Notes under the pieces: model-generated
Databases searched by the model: none
What the model was told of the DNA's origin: nothing
Seen by the model: the letters and a program-made list of their open reading frames with translations, nothing else
Source: the human T2T-CHM13v2.0 reference genome, Homo sapiens
DNA: 64,000 bases
Assembly: GCF_009914755.1 (NCBI RefSeq)
Contig: NC_060947.1
Reading direction: 5' to 3' (one strand)
Shown: positions 13,183-28,604 of the stretch, one piece after another
Numbering within the stretch: position 1 is the stretch's first letter
Layout of the letters: every line of letters begins with the position of its first letter
Position numbers and translations under genes: made by a program

Positions 13183-14382
13183 AGCTCCAATTCTTGTGTA
13201 AGAAAATGGCAACTGATGAGGACTCTGCAGTCATTAGAGGTAGCAGACCCGGATCAGATTGATGTCACATTTCCACCAACTGTTCATTAACCAACTTCCA
13301 CCAAGTGTCTGGAAATGCCTGCCAATCCCAGATTTTCACCTAGTATTTTCATTGTTGATCGTCAGGGAACAGAAAGATAAATTATAAATTGGAGTTTCAA
13401 GATAAAAACTCGATTTGAGGTTTGACACAAACAAAGATTTCTCCACTGGGTTTCTTTCTGTTTCATTTACTCCCTACAGTTCAGCTCAGATTAATGGGCT
13501 CAGAGACGGATTGCAGTAATTACTCTACCCTGTCACTCTGGTCTGTTATGCAAACAAATGTGTTGGCTGGAACAACAGAGAGCTCAGACCAGTTTGACAC
13601 TACTTACATTGCCTTGTTTCCTAATTTATATTGTCCTGTATGCAAGACCCATCTCTAAGGCTGACACCAAAGTGCTTTCTGCAGGTGTTTTTAGGCTAAG
13701 TTCTTTATCTTCACTTATTCCTGAGGTTGGTTTTTTTTGTTTTTTTAACTTGAACTTGAGATTTTCATTGAAAGGCATAACTTGATTGTTAACTTTAGTT
13801 CAGTGAACACTGTTTCTAAGCATTTACACTGAGTCAGTACCCTTTTTGGGAGGGGGGAAGGTGTCCTAAGTTAGAATTGTAGATATTTTAATGAATTTAT
13901 CAACCTACACACAGTTTCTTCAATCTTGCAATACTCTCAGTGTTGCAGTAATTATATTTCAGATACAGATTTCTGAAGACATGTACATCATAATTGCTGC
14001 AGAGATAAGAAAGTGGTCATTGTCATTAATACCACGTTTGCCATGGAATTCACTTTCAAATTGTTTTAAAGTACCTGTGAATTCTTGGATCATTTTTAAT
14101 GGACTCTCCTTCATATATTGAAGTGAACTTTAACTTGACTTGGCTCCAATGTTGCAATGTATAATTGGAAGAAATTGATTATATCAAATAGATCTCTACA
14201 TCAAACTGTCACTCACATTTTCAAACTTCCTTCTTCTGTATAGATGGCTTGATATAAAATATTTATTTTAGCAGATACTAGTCATTTGATAGCTAGAAAG
14301 AATATTACTAAAATTGTGTGGTTATATGTCTTTGTTAAAATCATATTTATGTGTGTTGAAATCCTATTATGCATACTGAAAT

Positions 14383-15059
14383 ATTTTTCCCATAGGTTTT
14401 GGGGGACAGGTGGTATTTGGTTACATGAGTAAGTTCTTCAGTGGTGATTTGTGAGATTTTGGTGCATCCATCACTGGAGCAGTATACAGTGAAACCAATT
14501 TGTAGCCTTTTATTCCTCACCCCGTTCCCACCCTTTCCCTCCACGTCCCCAAAGTCCATTGTATCACTCTTATGCCTTTGCATCCTCATAGCTTAGCTCC
14601 CACTTATGAGTGAGAACATACAATGTTTGGTTTTCCATTCCTGAGTTACTTCACTTAGACTAATAGTCTCCAATCCCAACCAGGTTGCTGTGAATGCCAT
14701 TAATTTATTCTTTTTATGGCTCAGTAGCATCCCATTGTATATATACACCACAGTTTCTTTATCCACTCATTGATTGATGGGCATTTGGGCTGGTTCCACA
14801 TTTATGCAATTGCAAATTGTGCTGCTGTAAATATGCGTGTGCAAGTATGTTTTTCTTTTCCTCTGGATGGTTACCCAGTAGTGGGATAGGTGGGTCAAAT
14901 GGTAGTCCTACTTTTAGTTCTATAAGGAATCTCCACACTGTTTTCCATAGTGGTTGTACTAGTTTACATTCCCACTAGCAGTGTAGAAGTGTTCCCTTTT
15001 CACTGTATCAACACCAACATCATATTTTTTGATTTTTTGATTATGGCCATTCTTGCAGG
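14383..15059 (-). mobile_element. L1PB1-like 3' end
   Basis: ggttacatgagtaagttcttcagtggtgatttgtgagattttggtgc...ttatggccattcttgcagg. Confidence 0.9.
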
Positions 15060-15527
15060 GCATGTTGAAATTTTAAAATGTAGTATCTGAAAATTTTGTA
15101 GAAGAAAGATCCAGTAATGTCAATCATAAGTATATACCCACAAGAAGTACAAACACATTTTTAAACCAATGCATATACATGATTTTTATAGAATTACTAT
15201 TCACCATAGTGAAAAGGAGGAACAACTCAAATGCCTATCAACTGATGAATCAATAAACAAAATGTGATCTATCCATATAATAGGATTTTGTTCAACCATG
15301 AAAAAGAATGAAGCTCTGACACAGGCTACCACATGGATAAACCTTGAGCATATCATGCTCTGTGGAAAAAAGCAGACACATAATGCTACATATTATAGGA
15401 TTCCATTTATATGAGGTGTCCAGAATAAGAAAATCTTTAGAGACCAAATGCAGATTAGTGGTTGCCAGTATTTTAGGCAATAGGAGAATGGGGAGTCACT
15501 GCTTCATAGGTATAAGATTTCCATTTA

Positions 15528-16291
<764 letters not shown>

Positions 16292-16823
16292 TTAAAATTG
16301 GACAGTTAAAAAAAAAAAGGTAGAAAGCAGGGTTTTGAGGTATAGACAAATTTGTTTTTTAATAATCTTGGTTCCCACAGTGGAGCAGCAGTTCAGTTGA
16401 ATCTAAAAATGTAAAGTATATTTTGTTCTGATTATACTGAATAATGCAGGCGAACAACTAATAACAACAAACGTGTTTCTTAAAGTGGTAATAAATATCT
16501 CTATGAGAAGAACAATAATCAGGGGAAAAAATTGGAGGAGTGGGAGAAAAACATCCCTGCCAATTTGGGAGCCAAAAATTAGCATCATGGATTCCAAGGT
16601 TATAGAATTTTAAAGCAGGAAATGTGAGTTCTTATGACTCCTCTGGTAGTTCCTTTAACCTCTTGATTCTTTACCAAATATGGATTATTTCATGCCTGGT
16701 AGCAAAAGTTCAACATATCGGCATCTACTTAGTGTTAGATACTTTCACAGTAATATATCAGTTAAATTTCACACACACACAAAGCTGTTGGGGCCTGTGT
16801 TTACTTTGTAACCATAAATTGAT

Positions 16824-16826
<3 letters not shown>

Positions 16827-16860
<34 letters not shown>
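16827..16860. repeat. (TA)n microsatellite
   Basis: Perfect TA run. Confidence 0.95.
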
Positions 16861-16864
<4 letters not shown>

Positions 16865-16874
16865 ACTGTAAAAT

Positions 16875-17450
16875 ATATTTTTTATTATTTCAATAGTTTT
16901 TGGGGGTACAGGTGGTTTTTGGTTACATAGATAAATTCTTTAGTGGTGATTTCTGAGATTTTGGTGTTCCCCTCACCCAAGCAGTGTGCACTGTACCCAA
17001 GGAGTAGTCTTTTATCCCTCACTTCCTACCACACTTCCCCCTGAGTTCCTAAAGTCCATTGCATCATTATTATGCCTTTGTGTCCTCATAGCTTAGCTCC
17101 CACTTATAAGTGAGAACATATGATATTTGGTTTTTCATTCGTGAGTTACTTCATTTAGAACAATGGCCTCCAGCTCCATCCAAATTGCTGGAAAGGCCAT
17201 TATTTCATTCCTCTTTATGGCTGAGTAGTATTCCATGGTGTATACATACATTTTCTTTATCCACTCCTTGATTGATGGGCATTTAGGTTGGTTCCACATT
17301 TTTGGAATTGTGAACTGTGCTGCTATAAACATGCATGTGCATGTGTCTTTTTGATATGATGACTTTTTGCCTTTGGGTAGTTACCCAGGAGTGGGATTGC
17401 TGGATTGATTCGTAGGTCTACTTCTAGTTCTTTAAGGAATCTCCTTGCTA
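16875..17450 (-). mobile_element. L1PB-type 5'-truncated insertion
   Basis: ggttacatagataaattctttagtggtgatttctgagattttggtg; perfect TSD AAAACTGTAAAAT at 16862-16874 and 17451-17463. Confidence 0.92.
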
Positions 17451-18796
17451 AAAACTGTAAAATGATTTAAAATGGCAATCAAATATGACTTCTATCATTT
17501 AAGTCAGGCTAAGATAAGCTATGATGAGTTTTTCTTCATCTTGAATGAATGTGGATATACTTTTTCTAATAGTTTGACATTTTTAGTCATGTTTCAGTAA
17601 AAGCTTATGAATCCTGGTTTGTTTTCATCAAGGCATTGAATTCCCTGTCTTTGCAGCTGTGAAGACAAAGGCAAGAGGATAATTCGGTAGAATGTTGGAT
17701 AAATGGTTGAACTAGGAGACAGAAACATAGATGAAATCATCATTAACCTTCCAATTCCAGAAAGAATCTGTTTTTCTAAGTATTATATCTATATTTTTAT
17801 TGAAACAGATTACAAATATGGTTCAACAGTTCAAGGACATGATTTTTCCAAACTAGATCAGTAAATTTTTTGAAAATTTATAATAAAAAATGGTATGAAT
17901 AAAGTTGGGGAAAGGATTTGGAGGTTTATAAATGGCTGGATATTAATCTTTCACTTAAAATATTCAAGTCTGGAGAACATTCCTTGTGGTTATAATTGGT
18001 AGAGTCAAATTTTTCTTTTAAAAAGTAGAAGAGGCTTAATTTTCTCAACTTTTTGTTTTTAGCATTTTATGCAATGAGCTACTTTCCACACCAGATGTTT
18101 TCCTGGCTCTGTTTTTATTTGATTTCCATCACCTGTGCTTCCTTGAAAGCACCAGAGGCTCACAAGCTGGCAATACTCCATCATGAACTAAAATTTGGTC
18201 TTGTGCCTATGCTACCTCAATCCTGACGTCTCACTCAAAGGACAGTGCCTAGTCCAAGGTTTCTGAACTCAGCCAAAATATGTACTTATAAAGAATTGAA
18301 AATGTTCCAGCAACTCAGCTCAGAGCAGTTGATGTGGAAAATATATTTATGGAGGAAAACTACAAAAAACTCCCTGAAATGGTATTGGTCTTACTAGACT
18401 AAATTCTAATACAGCCACAGTCTTTCACATCATTTGGGGCAGGGGAGGTCAATGTTGTATAAAAATATTGTCACTCTAGTCCATTAAAATCGTTCATAAA
18501 GATACTCCAATAAGTTTTAAAACTGTACATTTCATGACCTCTACTAAGGCCATGGAAACCTTGAACTGTGTAGCAGATGTAAATTTTGCTCTTCAACGTC
18601 AGGCATAAGCAATGAAGCATTGTTTTAATGTTCTTGGTCATACCTTGCTATGAATTTAAAGAAATTTGCCTAAAAGGGGGAATGTCTACATTCAGCCACA
18701 GATGTTGGCGAAGTGAGCCTGAGAAGGAGAAGTTTTCAATAGCTTTGTCCCCATTCCTGCAAAGTGAAGAAGAGAGAGGATGTAGGTTAAACATAA

Positions 18797-19384
18797 TGGT
18801 ATGGTCTAAATCAAGCTTGTTCAGCCCCGCAGCCCACGGGATGTGTGTGGCCCAGGATGGCTTTGAATGAGGCCCAACACAAATTCATAAACTTTCTTAA
18901 AGCATTATGAGATTTTTTTGTATTTGTTTTTAGATCATCAGCCATATTTAGTGTTAGTGTATTTTATATGTGGCCCAAGACAATGCTTCTTCTCCCAATG
19001 TTGTTCGGGAAGCCAAAAGATTGGACACCCTGGGTATAAATGTCTATTTTCCTCTAAAATTCCTATGTTGAAATCTAATCCCAAGGTGATGGAATTAGGA
19101 TGTGAGGTATTTGGGAGGGTGGTTAGGTCATGAGGGTGGGGCCTCATGAATGGGATCAGTGCCCTTATAAAGGGACCCCAGAGAGTTCCCTCGCCCCTTC
19201 CACCATGCGAGGACACAGCAAGAAGGCGCTGTCTATGAACCAGAAAGCAGGTCCTCACCAGACATCGAATCTGCCAAGCCTTGATTTGGACTCAGCCTCA
19301 TAAACCATGATCAATCAGTGTCTGCTGGTTATAAGTCACACAGTCTGTGGTTTTGTGCTGTAGCAGCCCGAATGGCCTAACACC
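18797..19384 (+). mobile_element. MLT1A0-like MaLR LTR interrupted by MER30
   Basis: ggtcatgagggtggggcctcatgaatgggatcagtgcccttataaagggaccccagagag; TSD cataa/tataa. Confidence 0.85.
18812..19033 (-). mobile_element. MER30 hAT-Charlie DNA transposon
   Basis: caagcttg...ggcccaacacaaattcataaactttcttaa...gaagccaaaagattggacaccctg; 8-bp TSD gtctaaat/gtataaat. Confidence 0.9.
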
Positions 19385-20404
19385 TATAATCATGCTCCCT
19401 GCAAGTAGAACCAGAAATACATCTCTATTCTGACTTATTAGACCTGTGTCTATGTACTATGTCTTGATAACCAGACCCACAGATATGTAGGTCAACATCC
19501 AAGCACAGAAGTGGTATCTGTTTCAGTGCCAATCATATGATGACAGGAGGTAGATGTGTAAGAATCAAGCCAGCTGCAGTTCCATCAGAGTTAAAGGACA
19601 TTATAATATAACATACTTTTGTAATTTTCTTCTCTGAATTCAATTTTATCAAAAATATGTTGCATTACCTCAGACATTTCAGGATCAAACCTTCTACAAA
19701 AGGATATTTATTTAAAGCAAATAAAAATCCTTGTGAAATATAAAACCCAAGAGAACCGTGCGTAAATCATAAATCAGTTCATCAGAGAGAAATACTCAAG
19801 TGTTGTGTGTTTTGTGTTTTAATGAGAATCCCTCTCTCATCTACTGGCTTGTGCTCTTAAATAGGAAAATAAAATCTTACACTTTTAAAATAGTATGGAC
19901 TAAACACTCCATGCATAGAAATTGTTCTCAAATTCCACTTTAATTAAAAGGGAAATACTGATGTTAAACTTTAATTTAAAATAATTTGAACACTTCTTTT
20001 GATGATCTGCTGAATATATCACTCATCATAAGCACATTTGTACTGATTTTCAAAATTTCTTGTACTGTGTTAATTTCATGGAGGCTGTAAGTATTTGGTA
20101 CGGTGCAAAGATATTTAATGGTTCTTATGGATACTCCTAATGTCAGGTAAAAATCAGGAAGCACCTACACACACACATGCGCACACACACACACATTGAC
20201 ATTTTTTCATTCCCTGGGAGATCATAGAGTCTAGATTTAATGTTGGAAAATGAAATTCTCCTTCAACATTCGGTCTAATTCATATTCTCTCATTTGTGAG
20301 GGATCATTTCTGCCAGGGAATTGTCACCACGGTGTCTAACTACATCATTCCGCGAGTGCTATGTTCTCAGATGGTTCAAGAAAGCCCATAAAATCACCAC
20401 TGAC

Positions 20405-21100
20405 TTCAAGTTTGAGATGCCTTCAGATATCCAGTGAGACCTGATAGTGTTTAACCTTTCAGAAAAGCCATGTATAGAGACTAGGGAAGCTTTGGCTTGA
20501 CGACAGTGGCACAAGGGCAGCTATTATGAGTGACAGTTGAACGCAGAGGAAAAAATGAGCCATCAGAGGGATAGCAAGAAGAGTTAGAACGGAAGATGAA
20601 GATCTGTGGGATATAAAATACGTGACACCATTTAAAAAGTCAGAAAATCCCTGTGTAGTGGCTTATGCCTGGGAGGGCAAGGTTGGAGGATCTCTTGAGG
20701 CAAGGAATTTAAGACCAGCCTCGGCAACATAGTGAGACCCTGTTGATACAAGACATTTTAAAAATTATCTGGGTGTGGTGGTGCACACCTGCAGTCCCAG
20801 CTACTCAGGAGGTTGAAGTGGGAGGATTGCTTTAGCCAAGCCCAGGAGGTTGAGGCTGCACTTTGCTGTGATGGTGCCAATGCACTCTGGCCTGGGCAAC
20901 AGAGAAAGATTCCATTTCTAAAAAAAAAAATTAAAAAAAAGTCAGAAGATGAGTCAGAGCTATCCCAGCAACATGAGAAGGTCCCATCTCTTAAAAATAG
21001 GAAGTGAGCAAAGAAGAGGGTTAAACTACAAAAAATTTGTGTAAACACATGCTGAATAGAGGGTATGGCATGTTAATTACAGTGAATTGAACCCATAGAT
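20405..21100 (-). mobile_element. Degenerate L2 fragment (Alu inserted)
   Basis: aagtttgagatgccttcagatatccagtgag resembles antisense L2. Confidence 0.4.
20649..20940 (+). mobile_element. AluJ
   Basis: Diverged dimer; TSD aaaaagtcagaa on both sides. Confidence 0.85.
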
Positions 21101-21129
21101 AAAGTGAGCACAGACATTCATCCCTGATG

Positions 21130-21960
<831 letters not shown>

Positions 21961-22050
21961 AATGATGGAATAAGGATGAAAATAGAAAGAATGCAGGGAG
22001 TAAAAAACCGTGCCAAGGGAACAGCAAGCCTAATTTCATCCAACAGCTTT

Positions 22051-22335
22051 CTTTTTGAGACAGAGTGTCACTGTTGCCCAGGCTGGAGTGCAGTGGGGTG
22101 ATCTCGGCTCACTGCAACCTCTGCCTCCCAAACTCAATCGATTCTCTGCCTCAGCCTCCTGAGTAGCTGGGATTACAAGCGCACGCCACCATGCCCAGAT
22201 AATTTTTGTATTTTTAGTAGAGGGAGGATTTTGTTGTGTTGGCCAGGCTGGTCTTGAACTTCTGGCCTCAAGTGATTCACCCACCTCGGCCTCCCAAAGT
22301 GCTGGAATTACAGGCATGAGCCACCGTGCCTGGCC
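22051..22335 (-). mobile_element. AluS
   Basis: Antisense dimer; perfect TSD TCATCCAACAGCTTT at 22036-22050 and 22336-22350. Confidence 0.93.
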
Positions 22336-22413
22336 TCATCCAACAGCTTTTATCAAATAATGTGTAGTAGAGTTTATTCTTTCCTTTTACTCTGGTGTCA
22401 AATGAAAATTTTT

Positions 22414-22713
22414 TAGTTTTTGATTTTTTTCAAGATAGAGTCTCTCTCTGTCACCCAGGCTAGAGTTCAGTGGAATGATCATAGCTCACTGCTGCCTCAA
22501 CTTCCTGGGGCTCAAGTGATCCTCCCACCTCAGCCTCCTGAGTAACTGGGACTACAGGTGCATGCCACCATACTGGGCTAATTTTTCCATTTTTAGTAGG
22601 AATAGGGTCTCACTATATTGCCCAGGCTGGTCTCAAATTCCTGGGCTCAAGAGATCCTTATGCCTGGGCCTCCCAAGGTGCTGGAATCACAGGCATAAGC
22701 CACCACATCCGGG
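22414..22713 (-). mobile_element. AluJ
   Basis: gatcatagctcactgctgcctc, gggtctcactatattgcccagg; TSD TGAAAATTTTT. Confidence 0.9.
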
Positions 22714-23402
22714 TGAAAATTTTTGAATGTCGTGACAGCAACATTGGATTCTCACTCTCAGCCTTTGCCAAATGACCCCGTTTGTAGGATAGGGAGGCTG
22801 TGTCCAAATACTTGATTGAAATACAGTTAACTTAAGAGGACTTTGTTAATTTAATTTATAAGACTCTTTGGAATTTCAGTTCTTGAAATCAATGCAGAAA
22901 TGCAAATTACATTGTAGAAAATTATCTGCCATTATGCTAAATCGTACAGCATTATATTTATGACCAGAGTTTTCTGTAAGGAGCAACAGTAATTAATCCT
23001 TCATTCTGAGCAAGAAGTTTCCTGCAATTTAAGTTTCTGTGGGCAAAGAAAACATTTGCTGGTGGATTAAAAGAATCTGTCAGTTTAACGTATAGGGGAT
23101 GTTATAATTGAGACCAAAATATTAAGAAGCTTATATATGTAAGCTGAATCTCTTATATTATACTATATGTTAGTAACAAAGTTTATTTTATGGAGAAATA
23201 ATTTATCAGAAAATGTCTTGTTTTATAAACTAAGGTTCATTTATTGTTTTAAAAGGTAAATTAAAATGATTAAATTTTGGTGAGAATGACCAAAGATATA
23301 AAATAAGTGAAATGATATAACACAAATAAAAAATTGATAATTTCTTTGATATCTACCGATAAAAATGGGTATACTATGTATCCCTATTCATATAAATTAA
23401 GT

Positions 23403-23710
23403 TGTTTTTTGTTGGGGTTTTCTTTTCGTGGTTTTTATTTTTTTGAGACAGAGTCTCACTCTGTCGCCCAGGCTGGAGTTCAATGGCATAATCTCTGCTC
23501 ACTGCAACCTCTGCCTCCCAGTTCAAGCAATTATCCTGCCTCAGCTTCCTGAGTAGCTGGGATACAGGTGTGTGCCACCACGCCTGGCTAATTTTTGTAT
23601 TTTTAGTAGAGACGGGGTTTACCATGTTAGCCAGGCTGGTCTCAAACTCCAGACCTCAAGTGATCCACCCAGCTCAGCCTCTCAAAGTGCTGGGATTACA
23701 GGTGTGAGCC
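23403..23710 (-). mobile_element. AluS
   Basis: Antisense dimer; TSD ATAAATTAAGT at 23392-23402 and 23711-23721. Confidence 0.92.
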
Positions 23711-23998
23711 ATAAATTAAGTATAATTTGAACTGGCAACATCTACCCTCTTTTTTTATTAGATGTATTCATCATTAAATGGATTAATACCAGTTTATTTT
23801 ATAGATGAAAGCAAACAAAAATAGGAAGTGTTTCGTGAACCTGGTAAATAAACCTTGAATATTTTTCTTTTTAATTGAGGTATTTTCTCTTTCTTCATGT
23901 CATGAGGGAAATTCTCGATTCAAACAGAAGAAATCTATTTGTCAAAGGTATTGCAATCATACCTTAAATTCTTTAGGCAACAGAGAGTTGAAGGAGAC

Positions 23999-24352
23999 TG
24001 TATTAGTCCGTTTTCGCGCTGCTGATAAACACATACCAGAGACTGGGAAGAAAAAGAGGTTTCATTGGACTTACAGTTCCACATGGATGGGGAGGCCTCA
24101 GAATCATGGTGGAAGGTGAAAGGCACTTCTTATATGGTGGCAGCAAGGGAAAATGAGGAAGAAGCAAAACTGGAAACCCCTGAAAAACCCTTCAGCTCTC
24201 GTGAGACTTATTCACTATTATGAGAATAGCACCGGAAAGACCAGCCCCCGTAATTCAATTACCTCCCCCTGGCTCCTTCCCACAACACGTGGGAATTCTG
24301 GGAGACACAATTTGAGTTGAGATTTCACTGGGGACACAGCCAAATCATATCA
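23999..24352 (-). mobile_element. THE1 solo LTR (THE1A-like)
   Basis: tgtattagtccgttttc...ggggacacagccaaatcatatca; 5-bp TSD GAGAC. Confidence 0.92.
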
Positions 24353-24656
24353 GAGACCAAAAATTCTCCTTAAATTCACCTCCAATTTTAGTTTGGAATT
24401 TCAGGAAGATGGTTGGTTTGTGTTTCATTCTCTGACGTTGTAGGCTTAGTAGCTTCCTCATTATTATAGCCTGGGATACAGATGCCTTAACCTGCTGTGG
24501 CTAGTTGAAGATGTGTTCACCTTTAGAGCAAAATAATTCTTCCTGAAATCAACCTAATCTCTTCAAAATCAAATCTTCAGGAAAATTATGCTTTACAGGT
24601 TTTATTGCTAGATCATTCTTCACCTAGTTCTCTCATTTATACATTCAATTAGCAGA

Positions 24657-24916
24657 TTTGTTTTTCTTTAGAGACAGGGTCTTGCTCTGTTGCCCAGGCT
24701 GGCATTCAGTGGTGTGATAATGGCTCACTGCAGACTTCACTTCCCAGGCTCAAGCGATTCTCCTGCCTCAGCCTCCTGAGTAGTTGAGACTACAGGTGCA
24801 TGCCACCACTCTTAGCCAATATTTTAATTTTAATTTTTAGTAAAGTAGTTTTATTTTTAGGCAACATAGCAACACCTAGTTTTTATTTTTAGGTTTTGCT
24901 GTATTTCCCAGGTTGG
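24657..24916 (-). mobile_element. AluJ, partial, with internal rearrangement
   Basis: gagacagggtcttgctctgttgcccaggctgg...; most of the left monomer is missing. Confidence 0.85.
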
Positions 24917-25888
24917 AGATTATTTCTCTTAAGCTTTAAGTCTGTAATACAGACATGTGGGTCTGTTCCTTAACTTTCTTTAATACAGAGTCTATCTATA
25001 TCTTGTCTATATATCTCTATATTGCTATAGAGATAGATTGCTAATTGGTAGATGATAAGTATATAAATCTGGATAGATACATAATTGATACATAGATGAT
25101 AGACAGATACATCCTTTAGTCTAATCAAAATAAGTGGTACACATCTGATTTCTAGGTGGAATAGCATTATTTTCTGGTGTCAGAGAAACCAGTGATTTAA
25201 AAGTAAGTATGAACTTTCAATATCTTAGTTTCATGCAGATTATGTTCCTTTTACACTTCTTGGTTCATCAGAAACATATGCTGTGCGAGGTGGAAGGATG
25301 TCTGATTACAGGGTATAAAACCTTCAGGGTGAAACATATTTCAATACCTTATTAATGTTTCAAGCTCCATGTCTTTTTCATGGCTGATGCATTTTTGAAT
25401 GTTATGAAAAGCTTTAATGGAATAGAAGCACAAAAGATGGTAAACAAAATTATCTTGTATTTGAGAGATACATAAATCAAATTTTGTAGATAGAGGTTGA
25501 AAACTGTTACTATTTTTAGGGAGATAATGTTATTGGCTTGCAGTCATCTTTACTCCTGTTCCTAATTATATCGTTCTTTGAGTTGGTACTAATCCTATTG
25601 CCCAGCTTTATTCAGGAAATTTTGCACCCAGAAAGCAGTTGGGCATTTATCTTATAATTAATGAAGCTGTCTTTCATTTGTGCTACACTTTGAATTAGAC
25701 AGAAGAAAGCCTGTAGATGATTTCTGCTAGAGGATAAGTAGATAGCTTTGACATGGTTCTTACCCTGTTTGTTGCATTTAAAAAGGGCAGGAGTGGTTCA
25801 GTGACAAATGGAAATAATTGTCATGCTGCACTATGCACATGTATCCAATATAAGAATCATTTCCTTTGTAAATGTACTGAAAAACAAA

Positions 25889-25903
25889 ACACACACACAC
25901 ACA

Positions 25904-25938
<35 letters not shown>
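25889..25938. repeat. (CA)n microsatellite (continues 26303-26333 beyond the LTR)
   Basis: Directly visible. Confidence 0.95.
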
Positions 25939-26302
25939 TGTATTGATCTGTTCTCATGCTGCTAATAAAGACATACCCGAGCCGGGGTAATTTATGAAGG
26001 CAAGAGGTTTAATAGACTCACAGTTCCACATGTCTGGCGAGGCCTCACAATCATGGCAGAAGGTGAATGAGGAACAAAGGCAAGTCTTACATGGTGGCAG
26101 GTAAAGAGACCGTGTGCAGGGGGACTGCCCTTTATGAAACCATCAGATCTCATGAGACTCATTCACTATCATGAGAACAGCATGGGAAAAACCTGCGCCC
26201 GTGATTCAATTACTTCCCACCACGTCTCTCCTGTGACAGTGGGAATGATGGGAGCTACAATTCAAGATGAGATTTGGGTGGGGACACAGCCAAACCATAA
26301 CA
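25939..26302 (-). mobile_element. THE1 solo LTR (THE1C-like)
   Basis: tgtattgatctgttctcatgctgctaataaagacatacc...gatgagatttgggtggggacacagccaaaccataaca. Confidence 0.92.
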
Positions 26303-26513
26303 CACACACACACACACACACGTGCACACACACCCACCCCTCCTTTTGCATTACTCCTTCAAATACCGTCATTCTGTAGGATCAATCATTTCCATTCGTC
26401 CCTCACAATCTTTCCACAGTCCTGTGGATTATAACTTTCATAAGGGCAAGTTTTGCCATTCCACAAAACATTTGCCAAAAATGTAGAAAAATGTATAAAT
26501 ATATACGCCATAA

Positions 26514-26810
<297 letters not shown>

Positions 26811-27033
26811 ACAATACGTAATTTTATAAGATAGCTGTATGAGATGTTTAATAATTGCCTATATTTAGAAAAAAACATTTTTATAGAGTGAGATTCAGTA
26901 TCTAATTCATTAAAAGTCAACAAGTGAAATAAGTAGGAAATGAAGAAAAATGCAAAGCGGTTGTAAATAGAGGAGGCAATATAATATTATGAATGCAAGA
27001 ACACTGGTATTTCAATTAAGTATAGAACAAGGA

Positions 27034-27425
<392 letters not shown>

Positions 27426-28604
27426 TTATAACAATTAGCATCCAGCAGTGAATTCATATTTAGGACATGATGAATACTACATTGTGTTTCGTTATAGAAT
27501 ATTACTATTTTTTATTTCTCATGTGCGATTAATTAAAATTATCAAATAGTTTATGTCATATATATACACCATTGATCAACAAATATTTATGCAGCTTTAA
27601 TTGGTGCCATATATCATATTATTCATTAAAGAGACAGTGTTCCAATTTTAATTGTTCTCTAATTTAAGATAAGAAACCATTATTCAAAAAGCAAAATAAA
27701 AGTCTGTATTTTCAAATTTGTTCACATAGGGAATGAAAACTTCCCCTCTCAATGGAAACTCACATGATAAAAATTAAAAGAAAACTACTAGGCAGGAATT
27801 CACATGTATCTTTTTATTTATAATTAAAAATTTGACAAAAATATCTGTTTGTCATACTGAAAATAAGTTACTTACCAGTTTGTGGAAAAGACTTGGAGGC
27901 TTGATAATTTAGTTTCAGACGCATAACTTTCCAATACATCTTTCTGTTTCTCCTCCATGTTTCTTAAACAAATATTTAACTGCTGAGTTGGGAACAGAAC
28001 ATCATTTAGTTGACTTTACTTTTTGTGAAGATAGTACAGCAAAACATTCTTAATGTTATTTTAGAGTAGCTGAATCCCCAAGCTGGTAAAAAATAAGTTC
28101 AGTATTTATTATGCATATACTTCAGATTTTTAAATTATTTGTAACATTATTTTATTTCAATTCATACCCCCTTTCCATACATACATATATATGAATCAAA
28201 GACATTTATTAATTAGCCAAAAGTCTTAAGGAATAGCAATAGAAGCAGTTTCTCTGACTTTAGTTTGACGATCTTCTCTGTATTTCGTGGTTGCCATTTA
28301 ATGAAATGTACACTTATTTGAAAAATAAGTGCAAAAAACTTGAAAGAAAAACTTTACATACATTTATTAGCAAGCATGAAAAAACATTAATGTTACCTTA
28401 CTTGCCTCTAGCAGGCCTTTCCAGGGGACAACTTCACCTTTAAGGAAACATCATACTACAAGGGAAATGTTTGGAAAATAATAAAATTGTATATTTTCCC
28501 ATTAAAAATATATAAGAATGAAAATGCCTTCAAATTTATATATTTTTGAATGGCTTGGTTAAATGGGCAGACTTTTCATAAAGAAAGACGTGGAAAAACA
28601 AATA

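Noticed and set aside
17135-17332. ORF resembling the L1 ORF2 C-terminus ([20 protein letters not shown])
   Set aside because: Remnant of a 5'-truncated L1PB insertion, not a gene.
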